This document shows, piece by piece, positions 1 through 8,627 of a stretch of DNA of 45,772 nt. The stretch is from IMG/VR virus record IMGVR_UViG_3300037086_000398, positions 68,362 to 114,133 of that record. One strand, written 5' to 3'. This stretch comes from a virus. Position numbers and translations under genes: made by a program. The notes under the pieces were generated by a model, which was not told the DNA's origin, searched no databases, and worked only from the letters and a program-made list of their open reading frames with translations. The stretch's first letter is position 1, and each line of letters opens with the position of its first letter.

Positions 1-176
1 CCCATCTCATAAATCTCAAAACGAATTTTTGTGAGAAAAAGAAAAAGCTTGTGAATAGAGTGCCTTGCAAACATTGGAATCATGAATCTTTTGAGCTTAC
101 GAAAATTCAGAGAACATTAGTTGATCTTCATGATGCAATTGTGGAGTGGGGGATGACTCTCAAAAATGAAACTTGA
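1..176 (+). CDS. 5'-truncated member of the small Cys-rich paralog family; window edge cuts the N-terminus
   Basis: Frame 0 reads ...NFCEKKKKLVNRVPCKHWNHESFELTKIQRTLVDLHDAIVEWGMTLKNET*. It has the family C-terminal C-x2-W motif (PCKHW) and overlaps the next paralog's start by 11 nt. Confidence 0.4.
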   Translation, partial: HLINLKTNFCEKKKKLVNRVPCKHWNHESFELTKIQRTLVDLHDAIVEWGMTLKNET

Positions 177-444
177 AACTGACGAATTGGCCAAAAACAT
201 TCTGCTCAATAAAGTAAATTGTGAATATTGCCAGAATCATCTGAGATGTGAATTTGAAGACAATGAGTGGTGGTGTACCATGTCGAAAGAAACACCTATT
301 GAAATCTGTGAACAGTGGGAACCTCCAAATCTGGTTAAGATAACTTGGACTATTATTGGTAGCGACACTGAAAAGAACATTAAAACAATGACAAAAATAC
401 ATTCTCTAAGAAAAAAATTGGAAGCGTTCAATGCCAGAGGATAG
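166..444 (+). CDS. small Cys-rich zinc-ribbon-like protein, paralog family member 1
   Basis: 92 aa. N-terminal DELAKNILLNKVNCEYC and C-terminal ICEQWE motifs shared with the 10 downstream ORFs. Confidence 0.6.
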   Translation: MKLETDELAKNILLNKVNCEYCQNHLRCEFEDNEWWCTMSKETPIEICEQWEPPNLVKITWTIIGSDTEKNIKTMTKIHSLRKKLEAFNARG

Positions 445-733
445 GGTCGCCAAGAATCTTCTTCTTGGCAACACATGTCTCAATTGTAATTTCTATTACA
501 TAAGTGGAAAATGTTCGAGAAACTCTGCAGAATATACATGCGAAAAATGGAAACACATGACTCGATCTGCAACAATCTTAAAGGATGCGGCGGCATTTCT
601 AAAACAAGAAATACAACAAAAAGCTGAAATTAGGGCTAGAAAAGAAAAATACGCCCAAATTGAAAAAGACGAACATATGAAAAAGGCGGCTGAGCTTTTT
701 GGAATGGATATCACTCAATGGATGAAAATGTAG
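431..733 (+). CDS. small Cys-rich protein, paralog 2
   Basis: 100 aa with DRVAKNLLLGNTCLNC...TCEKWKH. Its start overlaps the upstream stop, suggesting translational coupling. Confidence 0.65.
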   Translation: MPEDRVAKNLLLGNTCLNCNFYYISGKCSRNSAEYTCEKWKHMTRSATILKDAAAFLKQEIQQKAEIRARKEKYAQIEKDEHMKKAAELFGMDITQWMKM

Positions 734-1029
734 CAGCTAAAAATCTTCTTCTTGGGCATGGTTGTGACAATTGTCATTTTCATAAGTTTATTCCTAATTC
801 AACCGGTGATTGGTGCGACAATATGGCAAAAACACCCGTTGAAAAAACCTGTGAAAAATGGAAACAAACTGATCTAGAATATAGAATAGTCGAAATGGCG
901 GCCAATAGTATGAAGAAAGAAATTGATGACTACGTCAAGAGTATGATTTTGAAATCGGCTGGAATAGAAGATTTGGATTCTCTGAAAAATATCTATGGAG
1001 TTGATTGGAAATGGAACCCGACAAAATAG
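718..1029 (+). CDS. small Cys-rich protein, paralog 3
   Basis: 103 aa with ENVAAKNLLLGHGCDNC...TCEKWKQ. Confidence 0.65.
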   Translation: MDENVAAKNLLLGHGCDNCHFHKFIPNSTGDWCDNMAKTPVEKTCEKWKQTDLEYRIVEMAANSMKKEIDDYVKSMILKSAGIEDLDSLKNIYGVDWKWNPTK

Positions 1030-1223
1030 CTAAAAATCTTCTTCAAAGGAATGTTTGTGCGGGATGTTTGCACTTTTGGGCAAATCATCTTTTCAATGAA
1101 GCCTCAAACAATTCTGCACATGAGTGGTGCGAATATCATGTCGTTAGACCAGAGGAAGATACATGTGAAAATTGGCAATGGTCAATCGTGGCCACTTTTC
1201 CAAGAGGGCGAGAACACGGATGA
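1005..1223 (+). CDS. small Cys-rich protein, paralog 4
   Basis: 72 aa with DKIAKNLLQRNVCAGC...TCENWQW. Shares an ATGA stop/start overlap with the next gene. Confidence 0.6.
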   Translation: MEMEPDKIAKNLLQRNVCAGCLHFWANHLFNEASNNSAHEWCEYHVVRPEEDTCENWQWSIVATFPRGREHG

Positions 1224-1513
1224 GCCTTGATCTCATAGCTAAAAGACTTCTGCTAGGCCACAACTGTAGAACATGCATGCATTCTTTTTATGAAATCCCA
1301 TCAAAAGATGGGATGGTGTATAAACAACATCTCTATAGAATGGATAGAAATCAAAGAGCTATAAAGGATGAAAGTCTTTTCTGCAACTATTCATTTTACA
1401 TGTCGGCTTCCTCTATTACTCCAGGATTACGGACACCCATAGGACAGATAGAAGCAGAAAGAATCCCTCCAGAAAGGACGTGTGTTCATTGGGAAGGAAT
1501 AGAAAAGACATAG
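1220..1513 (+). CDS. small Cys-rich protein, paralog 5
   Basis: Start chosen at M of MSLDLIAKRLLLGHNCRTC (ATG at 1220, overlapping the upstream TGA); ends ...IPPERTCVHWEG. The ORF track's alternative start is 1172. Confidence 0.6.
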   Translation: MSLDLIAKRLLLGHNCRTCMHSFYEIPSKDGMVYKQHLYRMDRNQRAIKDESLFCNYSFYMSASSITPGLRTPIGQIEAERIPPERTCVHWEGIEKT

Positions 1514-1707
1514 ATTTTGAAGCGAAGAGCCTTCTTCTGGGCCACCCCGCGGACGCTTGTTGCTATAATTGCATCCATTGTCTTCGATTTAAAATTGACA
1601 ACACGATCAAACATCTCTATGTTTGTGACGAAATGCAATCATTCAGCAATCACATTCGTCACCCTAAGAAATTTTTTTGTAAGCTATGGTCTCCTGATCA
1701 TGAGTAA
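1480..1707 (+). CDS. small Cys-rich protein, paralog 6
   Basis: 75 aa with DIDFEAKSLLLGHPADACCYNC...FCKLWSP. Overlaps the upstream gene by 34 nt in another frame. Confidence 0.5.
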   Translation: MCSLGRNRKDIDFEAKSLLLGHPADACCYNCIHCLRFKIDNTIKHLYVCDEMQSFSNHIRHPKKFFCKLWSPDHE

Positions 1708-1712
1708 TATAA

Positions 1713-2021
1713 ATGGAAATCAATAAAGCTGCGAAATATGCGCTGCTCGGTCGGTATTGTAGAAATTGCAGTCACGTATATCGCTTAGTGCCGCTCAAAA
1801 ATGGAAAAACTATAAGGCAAGACAAAACACATTGGGTATCTTTCGACAAAATAAAAGATGATGAGCTCTATTGTGCGCTCAATTCAGATATGTTGTCACC
1901 ACCTGGTCGAGCACCACGCCGGACGGCTCGAATGCATAAACAACAAATAACACCAGAGCAGATGTTGCCCAAGAGGATTCCACCAGAAAATATATGCAGA
2001 TTTTGGGATGGAGCAGAATAA
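1713..2021 (+). CDS. small Cys-rich protein, paralog 7
   Basis: 102 aa with INKAAKYALLGRYCRNC...DDELYC...IPPENICRFWDG. Confidence 0.6.
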   Translation: MEINKAAKYALLGRYCRNCSHVYRLVPLKNGKTIRQDKTHWVSFDKIKDDELYCALNSDMLSPPGRAPRRTARMHKQQITPEQMLPKRIPPENICRFWDGAE

Positions 2022-2036
2022 GCGCATATTTTATTC

Positions 2037-2324
2037 TTGATGGATACGGATAGAATTGCTAAAAGACTCCTCTTGGATCACGTTTGCAAAACGTGCAAGT
2101 TCTCATTCTATTTGATTCCTAGGCCAGATGGAAGAATCACCCATCGATATCTCTCTGGTGTTGCCACGTGGATGATCAATGAATATAGAAGAGATGAGCT
2201 CTACTGTGATCGAAGATGTGATAATTTCTTGGATCCTGTGCGTGAATCTAGATTCCATATGAAAGGTAGTATTCCGCCAAAAAAGATTCCAAAAGAGGAG
2301 ACTTGTGGCAAATGGGAACAATAA
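2037..2324 (+). CDS. small Cys-rich protein, paralog 8
   Basis: 95 aa with DRIAKRLLLDHVCKTC...RDELYC...IPKEETCGKWEQ. Confidence 0.6.
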   Translation: MMDTDRIAKRLLLDHVCKTCKFSFYLIPRPDGRITHRYLSGVATWMINEYRRDELYCDRRCDNFLDPVRESRFHMKGSIPPKKIPKEETCGKWEQ

Positions 2325-2500
2325 GCAAGGACGAGTTGGCTAAAGCTCTTCTAGAAGGACACACTTGTGAAACATGCACGAATGAGTGTGGATGGAATTG
2401 TTGTTTTGATTCTTCTAACGTTGGTCGACCATTACCACCAGAGCGTTGGTGTAATCATTGGGAAAAAGACATAGAATGGACAGGAAGGGTAGAGCACTAA
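2303..2500 (+). CDS. small Cys-rich protein, paralog 9
   Basis: 65 aa with DELAKALLEGHTCETC...WCNHWEK. TAATG overlap with the next gene. Confidence 0.55.
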   Translation: MWQMGTISKDELAKALLEGHTCETCTNECGWNCCFDSSNVGRPLPPERWCNHWEKDIEWTGRVEH

Positions 2501-2811
2501 TGGATGCTGACAGAATCGCTAAAAATCTTCTTGAAAACAAGCTCTGTACTAATTGCAAATACAACATGAAAAATGGCTGCTCTATCGATTGCAAAAATCT
2601 AGTGGCTACGACCATAGAAAACATTCCTCCATTTCCTTCAGAAGGAACTTGTGAAAGATGGGAAGAAAAGGTCCAAATAGTTGAAACCATAATGCAGGTC
2701 ATAAAAGCCTTTGGTGGTGGATTGGGTACATCTTCAGCTGGATTTGGAGAAATAACTAGAGTCGCCAAGATTTTAGAAGAGTATGATAAGTCTCTCAAAA
2801 AAAATGAGTGA
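2500..2811 (+). CDS. small Cys-rich protein, paralog 10
   Basis: Start at MDADRIAKNLLENKLCTNC (ATG 2500); ends ...FPSEGTCERWEE plus a Gly-rich tail. Confidence 0.6.
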   Translation: MDADRIAKNLLENKLCTNCKYNMKNGCSIDCKNLVATTIENIPPFPSEGTCERWEEKVQIVETIMQVIKAFGGGLGTSSAGFGEITRVAKILEEYDKSLKKNE

Positions 2812-3079
2812 GGATATTCAAGCTAAGCGCTTATTACTGGCGCAAAGTTGTTCAAATTGTTTTATCAGACAGTGTTTGCCACTGTCAGCCTCATGTCCAT
2901 TAGATAACAATAATGAGTTTTGGTGCAAGGAGTGGGCAGCAACCAACGTCTTTGGTGACGAGCTATATGCACCACGGATCACGACTATCAAACATCTTGT
3001 TGATGTCCTCAACATGATACATTCTTACAAAGGATTGAAACCTTTCACAAAAGAAACAATACTGAGACCACCTGGATAA
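2804..3079 (+). CDS. small Cys-rich protein, paralog 11
   Basis: Start at MSEDIQAKRLLLAQSCSNC (ATG 2804, overlapping the upstream stop); contains ...FWCKEWAA. Confidence 0.6.
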   Translation: MSEDIQAKRLLLAQSCSNCFIRQCLPLSASCPLDNNNEFWCKEWAATNVFGDELYAPRITTIKHLVDVLNMIHSYKGLKPFTKETILRPPG

Positions 3080-3130
3080 AATTAATGCTCTATCACGATG
3101 AGTGTTATTTCTGCAAGTTATCTAAGTAAG

Positions 3131-3162
3131 ATAATTACCTTGCATACTTATAGGTAATTATT
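3131..3162. repeat. perfect 10-bp inverted repeat (ATAATTACCT / AGGTAATTAT) with a 12-nt spacer, in the 324-nt intergenic region
   Basis: Read directly from the sequence. Candidate operator or RNA hairpin between the paralog array and the GC-rich gene. Confidence 0.4.
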
Positions 3163-3403
3163 GAGAATTTTACAGGGATCACTATCCAAAAGCCAAGGAC
3201 AGAACCCTGGGCTTTCTAGAAGCTTGCTGCTGGCAACAACAGTCAAATAATTAGATTATTAAGATGTTTTCACGGTGGCTGGTGAAGACAATTTTGAGAG
3301 ATTTTTATAGAGTTGTGCGAAAAGATTCTTCAAAAGGAGGTGCTTTATGAAGAGCGAGGGAGGGTTTTCCTAGTGATTAGTTAATGATCAAGGAGGACCC
3401 GTA

Positions 3404-4282
3404 ATGGATTCACAAGTTCTCGAGCGCAAGTTCGAGCAAATGGGAGCGAAGATCGAAGCATTCAAGGACCTCGCCACTCGCGAAAGAATTGAAAGAATGC
3501 GCCGAATCGCTCAGAACCCCCGTGCCTTTGTCCGCAATCGCGGAGCAGGCACTCCACCAAGACTTGACGTTGTGAAGAGAGGCAAGGACGAAGTTTTCGT
3601 CGTTGATACTTTCGATCAGAACATCGACGTTCAAGTTATCGACGTTCGCCCAGACGACAGACATCTTCTTCTCATGTTCAAGAGATTGGACGGAAAGAGA
3701 GAAGTTTCTAAGTTTTTGTGCGGACATGACGAAAGACACTGGTTCGTCGCAGCTGTTCCAGAATCTGCCGGTGCTAAGAATGTAAAAGACGCGATGGAGG
3801 CTCTCAAGCCCGATCTCGTCAAGATTTCTTTGAAAAGAGCTGGCGTAAAGACCAAGCACCACAACAAGAGACACAATAAGGGATTTGTGAGACAGGGAGA
3901 ATGGTTTTTCATTCCAGCCCCAGATCTCCAGATTGATGAAAGATTCATTCACAAGAATGAACCAATCTCTCGCGGAAGAGGTGCAAAGCCACATCGCTGC
4001 CAGGAGCTCTATAGAACTGGCGGAGAGCAGGTTTGGGTCAACCACCAGCACGCACCAAACGGATTCACCGAGACACAGTACAAGGCTTTCATTATAGCGC
4101 ATCCTGAAGAAGGACCACGCCGCGGGGCATGGACTGTAATGATGAGAGGAGCTACCGCTTTTGTGCGTGGTTGGGTGAGACACCCCGATCACAGCACCAT
4201 CCACCTCGATGGTTGGCACAGAGTGGAAATGAACCTCGAAAACAAGGCCAAGGCCATGGAATTTGTCGCATTTCTCGATTAA
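3404..4282 (+). CDS. hypothetical basic, His/Arg-rich protein of foreign (GC-rich) origin; moron-like
   Basis: 292-aa ORF with a strong SD (AAGGAGG) 8 nt upstream. GC is about 50% against a much more AT-rich background, with codons such as CGC, GAC, CTC, GCC. Followed by a canonical terminator. The antisense 300-aa ORF is a GC artefact. Confidence 0.75.
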   Translation: MDSQVLERKFEQMGAKIEAFKDLATRERIERMRRIAQNPRAFVRNRGAGTPPRLDVVKRGKDEVFVVDTFDQNIDVQVIDVRPDDRHLLLMFKRLDGKREVSKFLCGHDERHWFVAAVPESAGAKNVKDAMEALKPDLVKISLKRAGVKTKHHNKRHNKGFVRQGEWFFIPAPDLQIDERFIHKNEPISRGRGAKPHRCQELYRTGGEQVWVNHQHAPNGFTETQYKAFIIAHPEEGPRRGAWTVMMRGATAFVRGWVRHPDHSTIHLDGWHRVEMNLENKAKAMEFVAFLD

Positions 4283-4286
4283 GATC

Positions 4287-4310
4287 AAGCCCCCGAAAGG
4301 GGGCTTTTTC
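4287..4310 (+). terminator. rho-independent terminator (GCCCCC-GAAA-GGGGGC + TTTTT)
   Basis: Perfect GC stem, GAAA tetraloop and T-tract immediately after the 3404-4282 stop. Confidence 0.7.
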
Positions 4311-4353
4311 ATTTACGGGCCAAAAGTTATAAGATAGTTTAGAGGAGGCTCGT

Positions 4354-4650
4354 ATGCATGACGCAAAGAAAGAAAGCAAAAAGTTTATTAATCTGACATG
4401 GCAACAGATTGTTTACGCTGTTGTTGGCTTAATACTTATTGGAGCAGTTTCTTTTGTTGGATCTAGTCTTAATAGAGCTCTTGAGAAGGTTAACCAACAC
4501 GATATTGATCTTGTCAGAGTGAATTCAACTCTTGGTAATACCACGGCCACTGTCAGCATCTCTGTCAAAGATTTGGAAACTCTCAAAGGAGATGTTATCA
4601 AACTTCAACAAAGAGTAGATGATCTTCTTCCAAAGGGAGGTCCAAGATGA
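4354..4650 (+). CDS. small membrane protein: N-terminal TM helix plus predicted coiled coil
   Basis: 98 aa. Hydrophobic stretch IVYAVVGLILIGAVSFVG, then a heptad-like region. SD GAGGAGG upstream. Confidence 0.6.
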   Translation: MHDAKKESKKFINLTWQQIVYAVVGLILIGAVSFVGSSLNRALEKVNQHDIDLVRVNSTLGNTTATVSISVKDLETLKGDVIKLQQRVDDLLPKGGPR

Positions 4651-5042
4651 AAAAATTATTGATAGTATTGTTGGCTTTTCTCTTGTTCACACCATTACTG
4701 CAAGCAGAACAACAATTGGTACAATTTTTGAATGATTTCGAACTAAAGGCTGAATTTGATGGGTCCATTCTCACCATAAATAACACTGAAAAAGTTGCCG
4801 ATTTGAATGATGCTGCATATGAGGTGAGCTATATTCTTCGACTAATCGACACATATGTCCAGAGAAATCCTAAGTTTTCAATCAAAGAAATAAAAGAATT
4901 TCACTATATGCTTGGAAAGTTTAAGCTCGTATTGACAGCCAACCAATTGGATCAGATCTACAATGGTCCTCCGACGAGATCCGGCAACTTTAATTTAATC
5001 AATCAACTTCTCTTGAAACAATACAACAAGCAAATGAAGTAG
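4647..5042 (+). CDS. secreted protein with an SPase-I type signal peptide
   Basis: 131 aa. N-terminus MKKLLIVLLAFLLFTPLLQA|EQQ with no lipobox Cys. ATGA overlap with the upstream gene. Confidence 0.6.
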   Translation: MKKLLIVLLAFLLFTPLLQAEQQLVQFLNDFELKAEFDGSILTINNTEKVADLNDAAYEVSYILRLIDTYVQRNPKFSIKEIKEFHYMLGKFKLVLTANQLDQIYNGPPTRSGNFNLINQLLLKQYNKQMK

Positions 5043-5047
5043 CCAGA

Positions 5048-5071
5048 GGGGCATCTAAAAATGCCCCTTTT
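5048..5071 (+). terminator. rho-independent terminator (GGGGCAT-loop-ATGCCCC + TTTT)
   Basis: Hairpin and T-tract directly after the 5042 stop. Confidence 0.55.
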
Positions 5072-5130
5072 CATCCTACGGGCATAGAAAGATAAGATAA
5101 ATGTAGCATTCTCATATACAGGAAGTCACT

Positions 5131-8010
5131 ATGTCCATAGTAAGAAACTACTTTGATTTGATAACTGCTTTGAGTAGTCTAGACACATCAATCACGATAG
5201 CCAACGACATTGCCTTACAGGCACCGGTGACCGTAGGATACCAGTGTTCTATTCTGAGCTCCGCCGCTACCAAACCAAAAATTAGTTTAAATTATTCAGC
5301 GCCACAAATTATTAGCAATATAGGATACCAAGACTTTGGTCTAACAGGAATACTTTCAGCTACTTCAACAAATCTACAAATAGGAACCCTTTATTTCTTC
5401 AAAGTAAATGGAGTTGAATATAATCTTTCTGTTTCTTCTCAATTAACATATGGAGATCTTCATGTTGCTGTTGGAATGGCTATGACTAGGCCAATGCCAG
5501 TAGAATCAGCCGCTGCTTCGGAGGGAACTGAAGGTGGGGAGACGGTGGCTGAACCAGTTGTATTGGAAAGAAAACGTGTTTTTGGTGACGACTATTCTAT
5601 TGACATCGTATCTGGAGACTTAAGAGTTTCATCACTAAGATCCACTGCAGTTTTGGTTTCATCTGGTACCACTACTGAAATTAGTGGAAGTTCTGTCCCT
5701 TGTGTTGATTTATTGGAGGGGTTGGGCGCAATTGTAAAAACCAGTAGTCTTAAACCACATGTGCTTCCAAATCCGCCAACTCCTGGATACAACGATCTAG
5801 GTTTGATTGGTTTGACCGTATCAACATCAACCGGATTGATTCCTGGTACAATATATGTGCTCAGAGTTAATGCAACTGAATTTGATATTGCGGTTGTTTC
5901 TCAAATGACTTATGGTGATTTGATTACTGCTCTGAGCAAGGCAGCCTCTATAGATAGAAAAACTACATTTGCTGCCAATTTTTCTGCTGACATTGTTTTT
6001 GGAGACTTGCGAATTTGGTCACCTACTGGCATTGGAGTTCTTGTTTCTCTGGCTGAAATATCAGAAGATGAACCATCTTATGTTGATTTGCTAAGGGGTT
6101 TGGGAGTCATTGTTGAGTCAGGTAGTCTTCCACTACCGGTGGACCCAACAACTCCAATTCCAGTAAATCCTGCTGCCTTTACAATTGCAGCATCTTCTGT
6201 TAGATTAATGAATCTCGAATTTTCATATCCAGGAGGATCTGCAATTAGATTCGATGGCACGATTGGTGGGCTGGTTGCTCCATCACTTCTTGATATTATT
6301 ACTTCAGGATCTGCTCGAGGATTTGAACTCATCAATACCAGAAATGGAACTTTTGAAAGTTGTGTTTCTCATAATTGTGGTTTGGGATTTGATTTAGTTG
6401 GTTCATCTTCAACCGTTGGAAATATCTTAGGATATCAAAATTTTGGCCTTACTGGCATTCTATCTACCACTCCAACACATTTAGTAACACAGAGAGCTTA
6501 TTTCTTCAAAGTTAACGGAACAGAATATCAACTCATATTATCTCAATCATTCGTAATAGCAGATACATTCGCGACTTTGACAAGCATGATAAACAACAAC
6601 TCGCTTTCAACAGATGGTAAGTTTGCTTTTGATGAAGACTTTTCTATAGATATTGTTTCTGGAGATCTTCAAGTTTCTTCATTGAAGGGAACTACTGTTT
6701 CTATTTCTTCTGGAACTACGACATCTATAGTTGAAAGCACGATGGTTTGTCTTGATCTATTAGTTAGTTTACATGTATCATTACCTCTGCCAGCGACCGT
6801 TGCACCAAGCGATGATGGTGGCAGAAAAGATCGCACCCATCACAATAATTTCTTGGGTTGCATAGCCTATAATGATGCACCAAACGGTATAGGAATTAAG
6901 TATACTAACGCCAATAACAACAAATTTGAAGAAAGCAAAGTATACAACAATGTATATGGAATTGTTCAGGAAGCCTTAAGCTATTCAAATAGCTTCAGAG
7001 GTGAAATCTATGGAAACTCAAATTATGGATTGATGAATAGCGACAGAACTTCTGGGCTTCATGTTTTTGATGCTTCTTCTTGTTGGTGGGGAGATCCTCT
7101 GGGACCAAGTGGGGCTGGACAGGGAGATGGTGATAAGACGAGTCTTGGAGTCATTTTTGATAATTGGCGAAGAAATGGAACAGAACCAACTCTTTCATAT
7201 CCTGGAACAAGAGAATGGATATGGGCAATGTTGGGTTATCCTGTTGTAAAAGTAGAATTGACTGATGACCAAGTCACAAACTGTATTGATATGGCCATCA
7301 AGAAGTTTATGTATTACATGACTCCAGATCCATACTATTACTATTTTGACATCGCCGCCGGACAACACGAAGTGAAGCTGCCTGTTGACATTACTAAAGA
7401 CAAAGTCATTCAAGTGGTGTATCAGCCAACTTCCGATATTTTTGCGCAATTAGCTTCTTCTGGAGAATCATTCTTTTTGACTTACTATATGCAATATACA
7501 GGTGGAGCCTTTTTAGCAGACTTCTATATCGCCATGGCCTATAAGGAAACTTTCGAAAGAACATTGGGTATTCAACCTTCATATGAATACCTAACTCATA
7601 ATGAAATGCCAGATGATCCTGATCTTATAATGTTGGATGTTAATGGGCAACCAATTCTAGATCCAAATAATCCTAATATGTTTATGTTGAGAGCTCCACA
7701 GATGCGACAATATATCCGACTTTATCCTGCTCCAACTTCTTATTCGATAAGAATGGCAATCAAAGTCAGTAGAACTCCTTCAGAAGAAGAGATCGATGAA
7801 GAAGGTTTGGTTTGGATTAGACGATATGCTTTGGCCTGGTCAAAGGAAATGCTTGGAAGAATCAGAGGAAAGTTCGCCTCTTTGCCTGGTCCTACTGGAG
7901 AGATTACGCTCAATGCTGATTCTCTCATAACTGAAGCCGCAAGTGAGAGAGAAGAGTTGTTAAAAGAGTTGATCAGTTTGGGAGAACCCCTTACTTTCAC
8001 AACGGGATAG
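5131..8010 (+). CDS. large virion structural protein (fibre/neck/baseplate-like) with a roughly 130-190-aa domain repeated three times
   Basis: 959 aa. Three internal repeats carry YQDFGLTGILSxTST...FFKVNGxEY...TYGDL and DFSIDIVSGDL...SSGTTT...DLL motifs. Lies in the structural region upstream of the sheath. C-terminal part YPVVKVELTDDQV... not identified. Confidence 0.65.
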   Translation: MSIVRNYFDLITALSSLDTSITIANDIALQAPVTVGYQCSILSSAATKPKISLNYSAPQIISNIGYQDFGLTGILSATSTNLQIGTLYFFKVNGVEYNLSVSSQLTYGDLHVAVGMAMTRPMPVESAAASEGTEGGETVAEPVVLERKRVFGDDYSIDIVSGDLRVSSLRSTAVLVSSGTTTEISGSSVPCVDLLEGLGAIVKTSSLKPHVLPNPPTPGYNDLGLIGLTVSTSTGLIPGTIYVLRVNATEFDIAVVSQMTYGDLITALSKAASIDRKTTFAANFSADIVFGDLRIWSPTGIGVLVSLAEISEDEPSYVDLLRGLGVIVESGSLPLPVDPTTPIPVNPAAFTIAASSVRLMNLEFSYPGGSAIRFDGTIGGLVAPSLLDIITSGSARGFELINTRNGTFESCVSHNCGLGFDLVGSSSTVGNILGYQNFGLTGILSTTPTHLVTQRAYFFKVNGTEYQLILSQSFVIADTFATLTSMINNNSLSTDGKFAFDEDFSIDIVSGDLQVSSLKGTTVSISSGTTTSIVESTMVCLDLLVSLHVSLPLPATVAPSDDGGRKDRTHHNNFLGCIAYNDAPNGIGIKYTNANNNKFEESKVYNNVYGIVQEALSYSNSFRGEIYGNSNYGLMNSDRTSGLHVFDASSCWWGDPLGPSGAGQGDGDKTSLGVIFDNWRRNGTEPTLSYPGTREWIWAMLGYPVVKVELTDDQVTNCIDMAIKKFMYYMTPDPYYYYFDIAAGQHEVKLPVDITKDKVIQVVYQPTSDIFAQLASSGESFFLTYYMQYTGGAFLADFYIAMAYKETFERTLGIQPSYEYLTHNEMPDDPDLIMLDVNGQPILDPNNPNMFMLRAPQMRQYIRLYPAPTSYSIRMAIKVSRTPSEEEIDEEGLVWIRRYALAWSKEMLGRIRGKFASLPGPTGEITLNADSLITEAASEREELLKELISLGEPLTFTTG

Positions 8011-8301
8011 TTGATGAGGTTGCTCAATTATTTGAAACTGTTGCCAAAATATGATGTGCAAATTTGGTTAATGAAAGAGAAGGGTCCTCGGCTTGATTTC
8101 TGGCAATATTATGGTGGTGAGCGAAAAAAATGGAGAATTACAAGGATCACTACCAACATCTTTGACGAGTTTCAAATAAGCTGTGTGGAAAATGGAAAGA
8201 AGACAACGGCTCAATCATATTCTCCAACTGATTGGCCAAATTTTTATGTAGAAGAATATTCTGGATTGAAGCTGATCTTTGAATATGAGTGGACAAAATG
8301 A
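8011..8301 (+). CDS. hypothetical protein
   Basis: 96-aa ORF tightly packed after the structural gene. Confidence 0.45.
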   Translation: MMRLLNYLKLLPKYDVQIWLMKEKGPRLDFWQYYGGERKKWRITRITTNIFDEFQISCVENGKKTTAQSYSPTDWPNFYVEEYSGLKLIFEYEWTK

Positions 8302-8627
8302 AGTTTAGCAAACCAAAAATGGGTGAAACAAGATTCCTAGTATTCATGGATCACGATAAAGAGCAATATTGGATTTATGAGGTGATTGTCGTGAAGGCCG
8401 GCAGGACATGGTTTCGCGGAAAGCCAGTTCGAAAGATTATTGACAACAGCCATGATAGCCTTGCAGTAAGAGAAGTGGGTGAATATCCAAGTTTTTGTTT
8501 CTTGGAAACAGAAGAAGATTCTAGAAGATTATTATTGGTGGCCGCTCTGGATCCTAGAAGCACACATTTGTTTTTTAAAGAGAATCCATATCTTTGGGAA
8601 CTTGGTGTAAAGGCAAATTGGCTATGA
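8289..8627 (+). CDS. hypothetical protein
   Basis: 112-aa ORF overlapping its neighbours in an operon-like arrangement. Confidence 0.45.
   Translation: MDKMKFSKPKMGETRFLVFMDHDKEQYWIYEVIVVKAGRTWFRGKPVRKIIDNSHDSLAVREVGEYPSFCFLETEEDSRRLLLVAALDPRSTHLFFKENPYLWELGVKANWL

Noticed and set aside
3410-4312. 300-aa antisense ORF covering the whole GC-rich gene
   Set aside because: It is an artefact of high GC giving few stops on the minus strand. It has no RBS and starts inside the terminator hairpin. The plus-strand gene has a strong SD and a downstream terminator.
4354-5042. i-spanin/o-spanin pair interpretation for the TM and secreted proteins
   Set aside because: The second protein has an SPase-I signal peptide but no lipobox cysteine, so it is not a canonical o-spanin. 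Left as a membrane protein plus a secreted protein.
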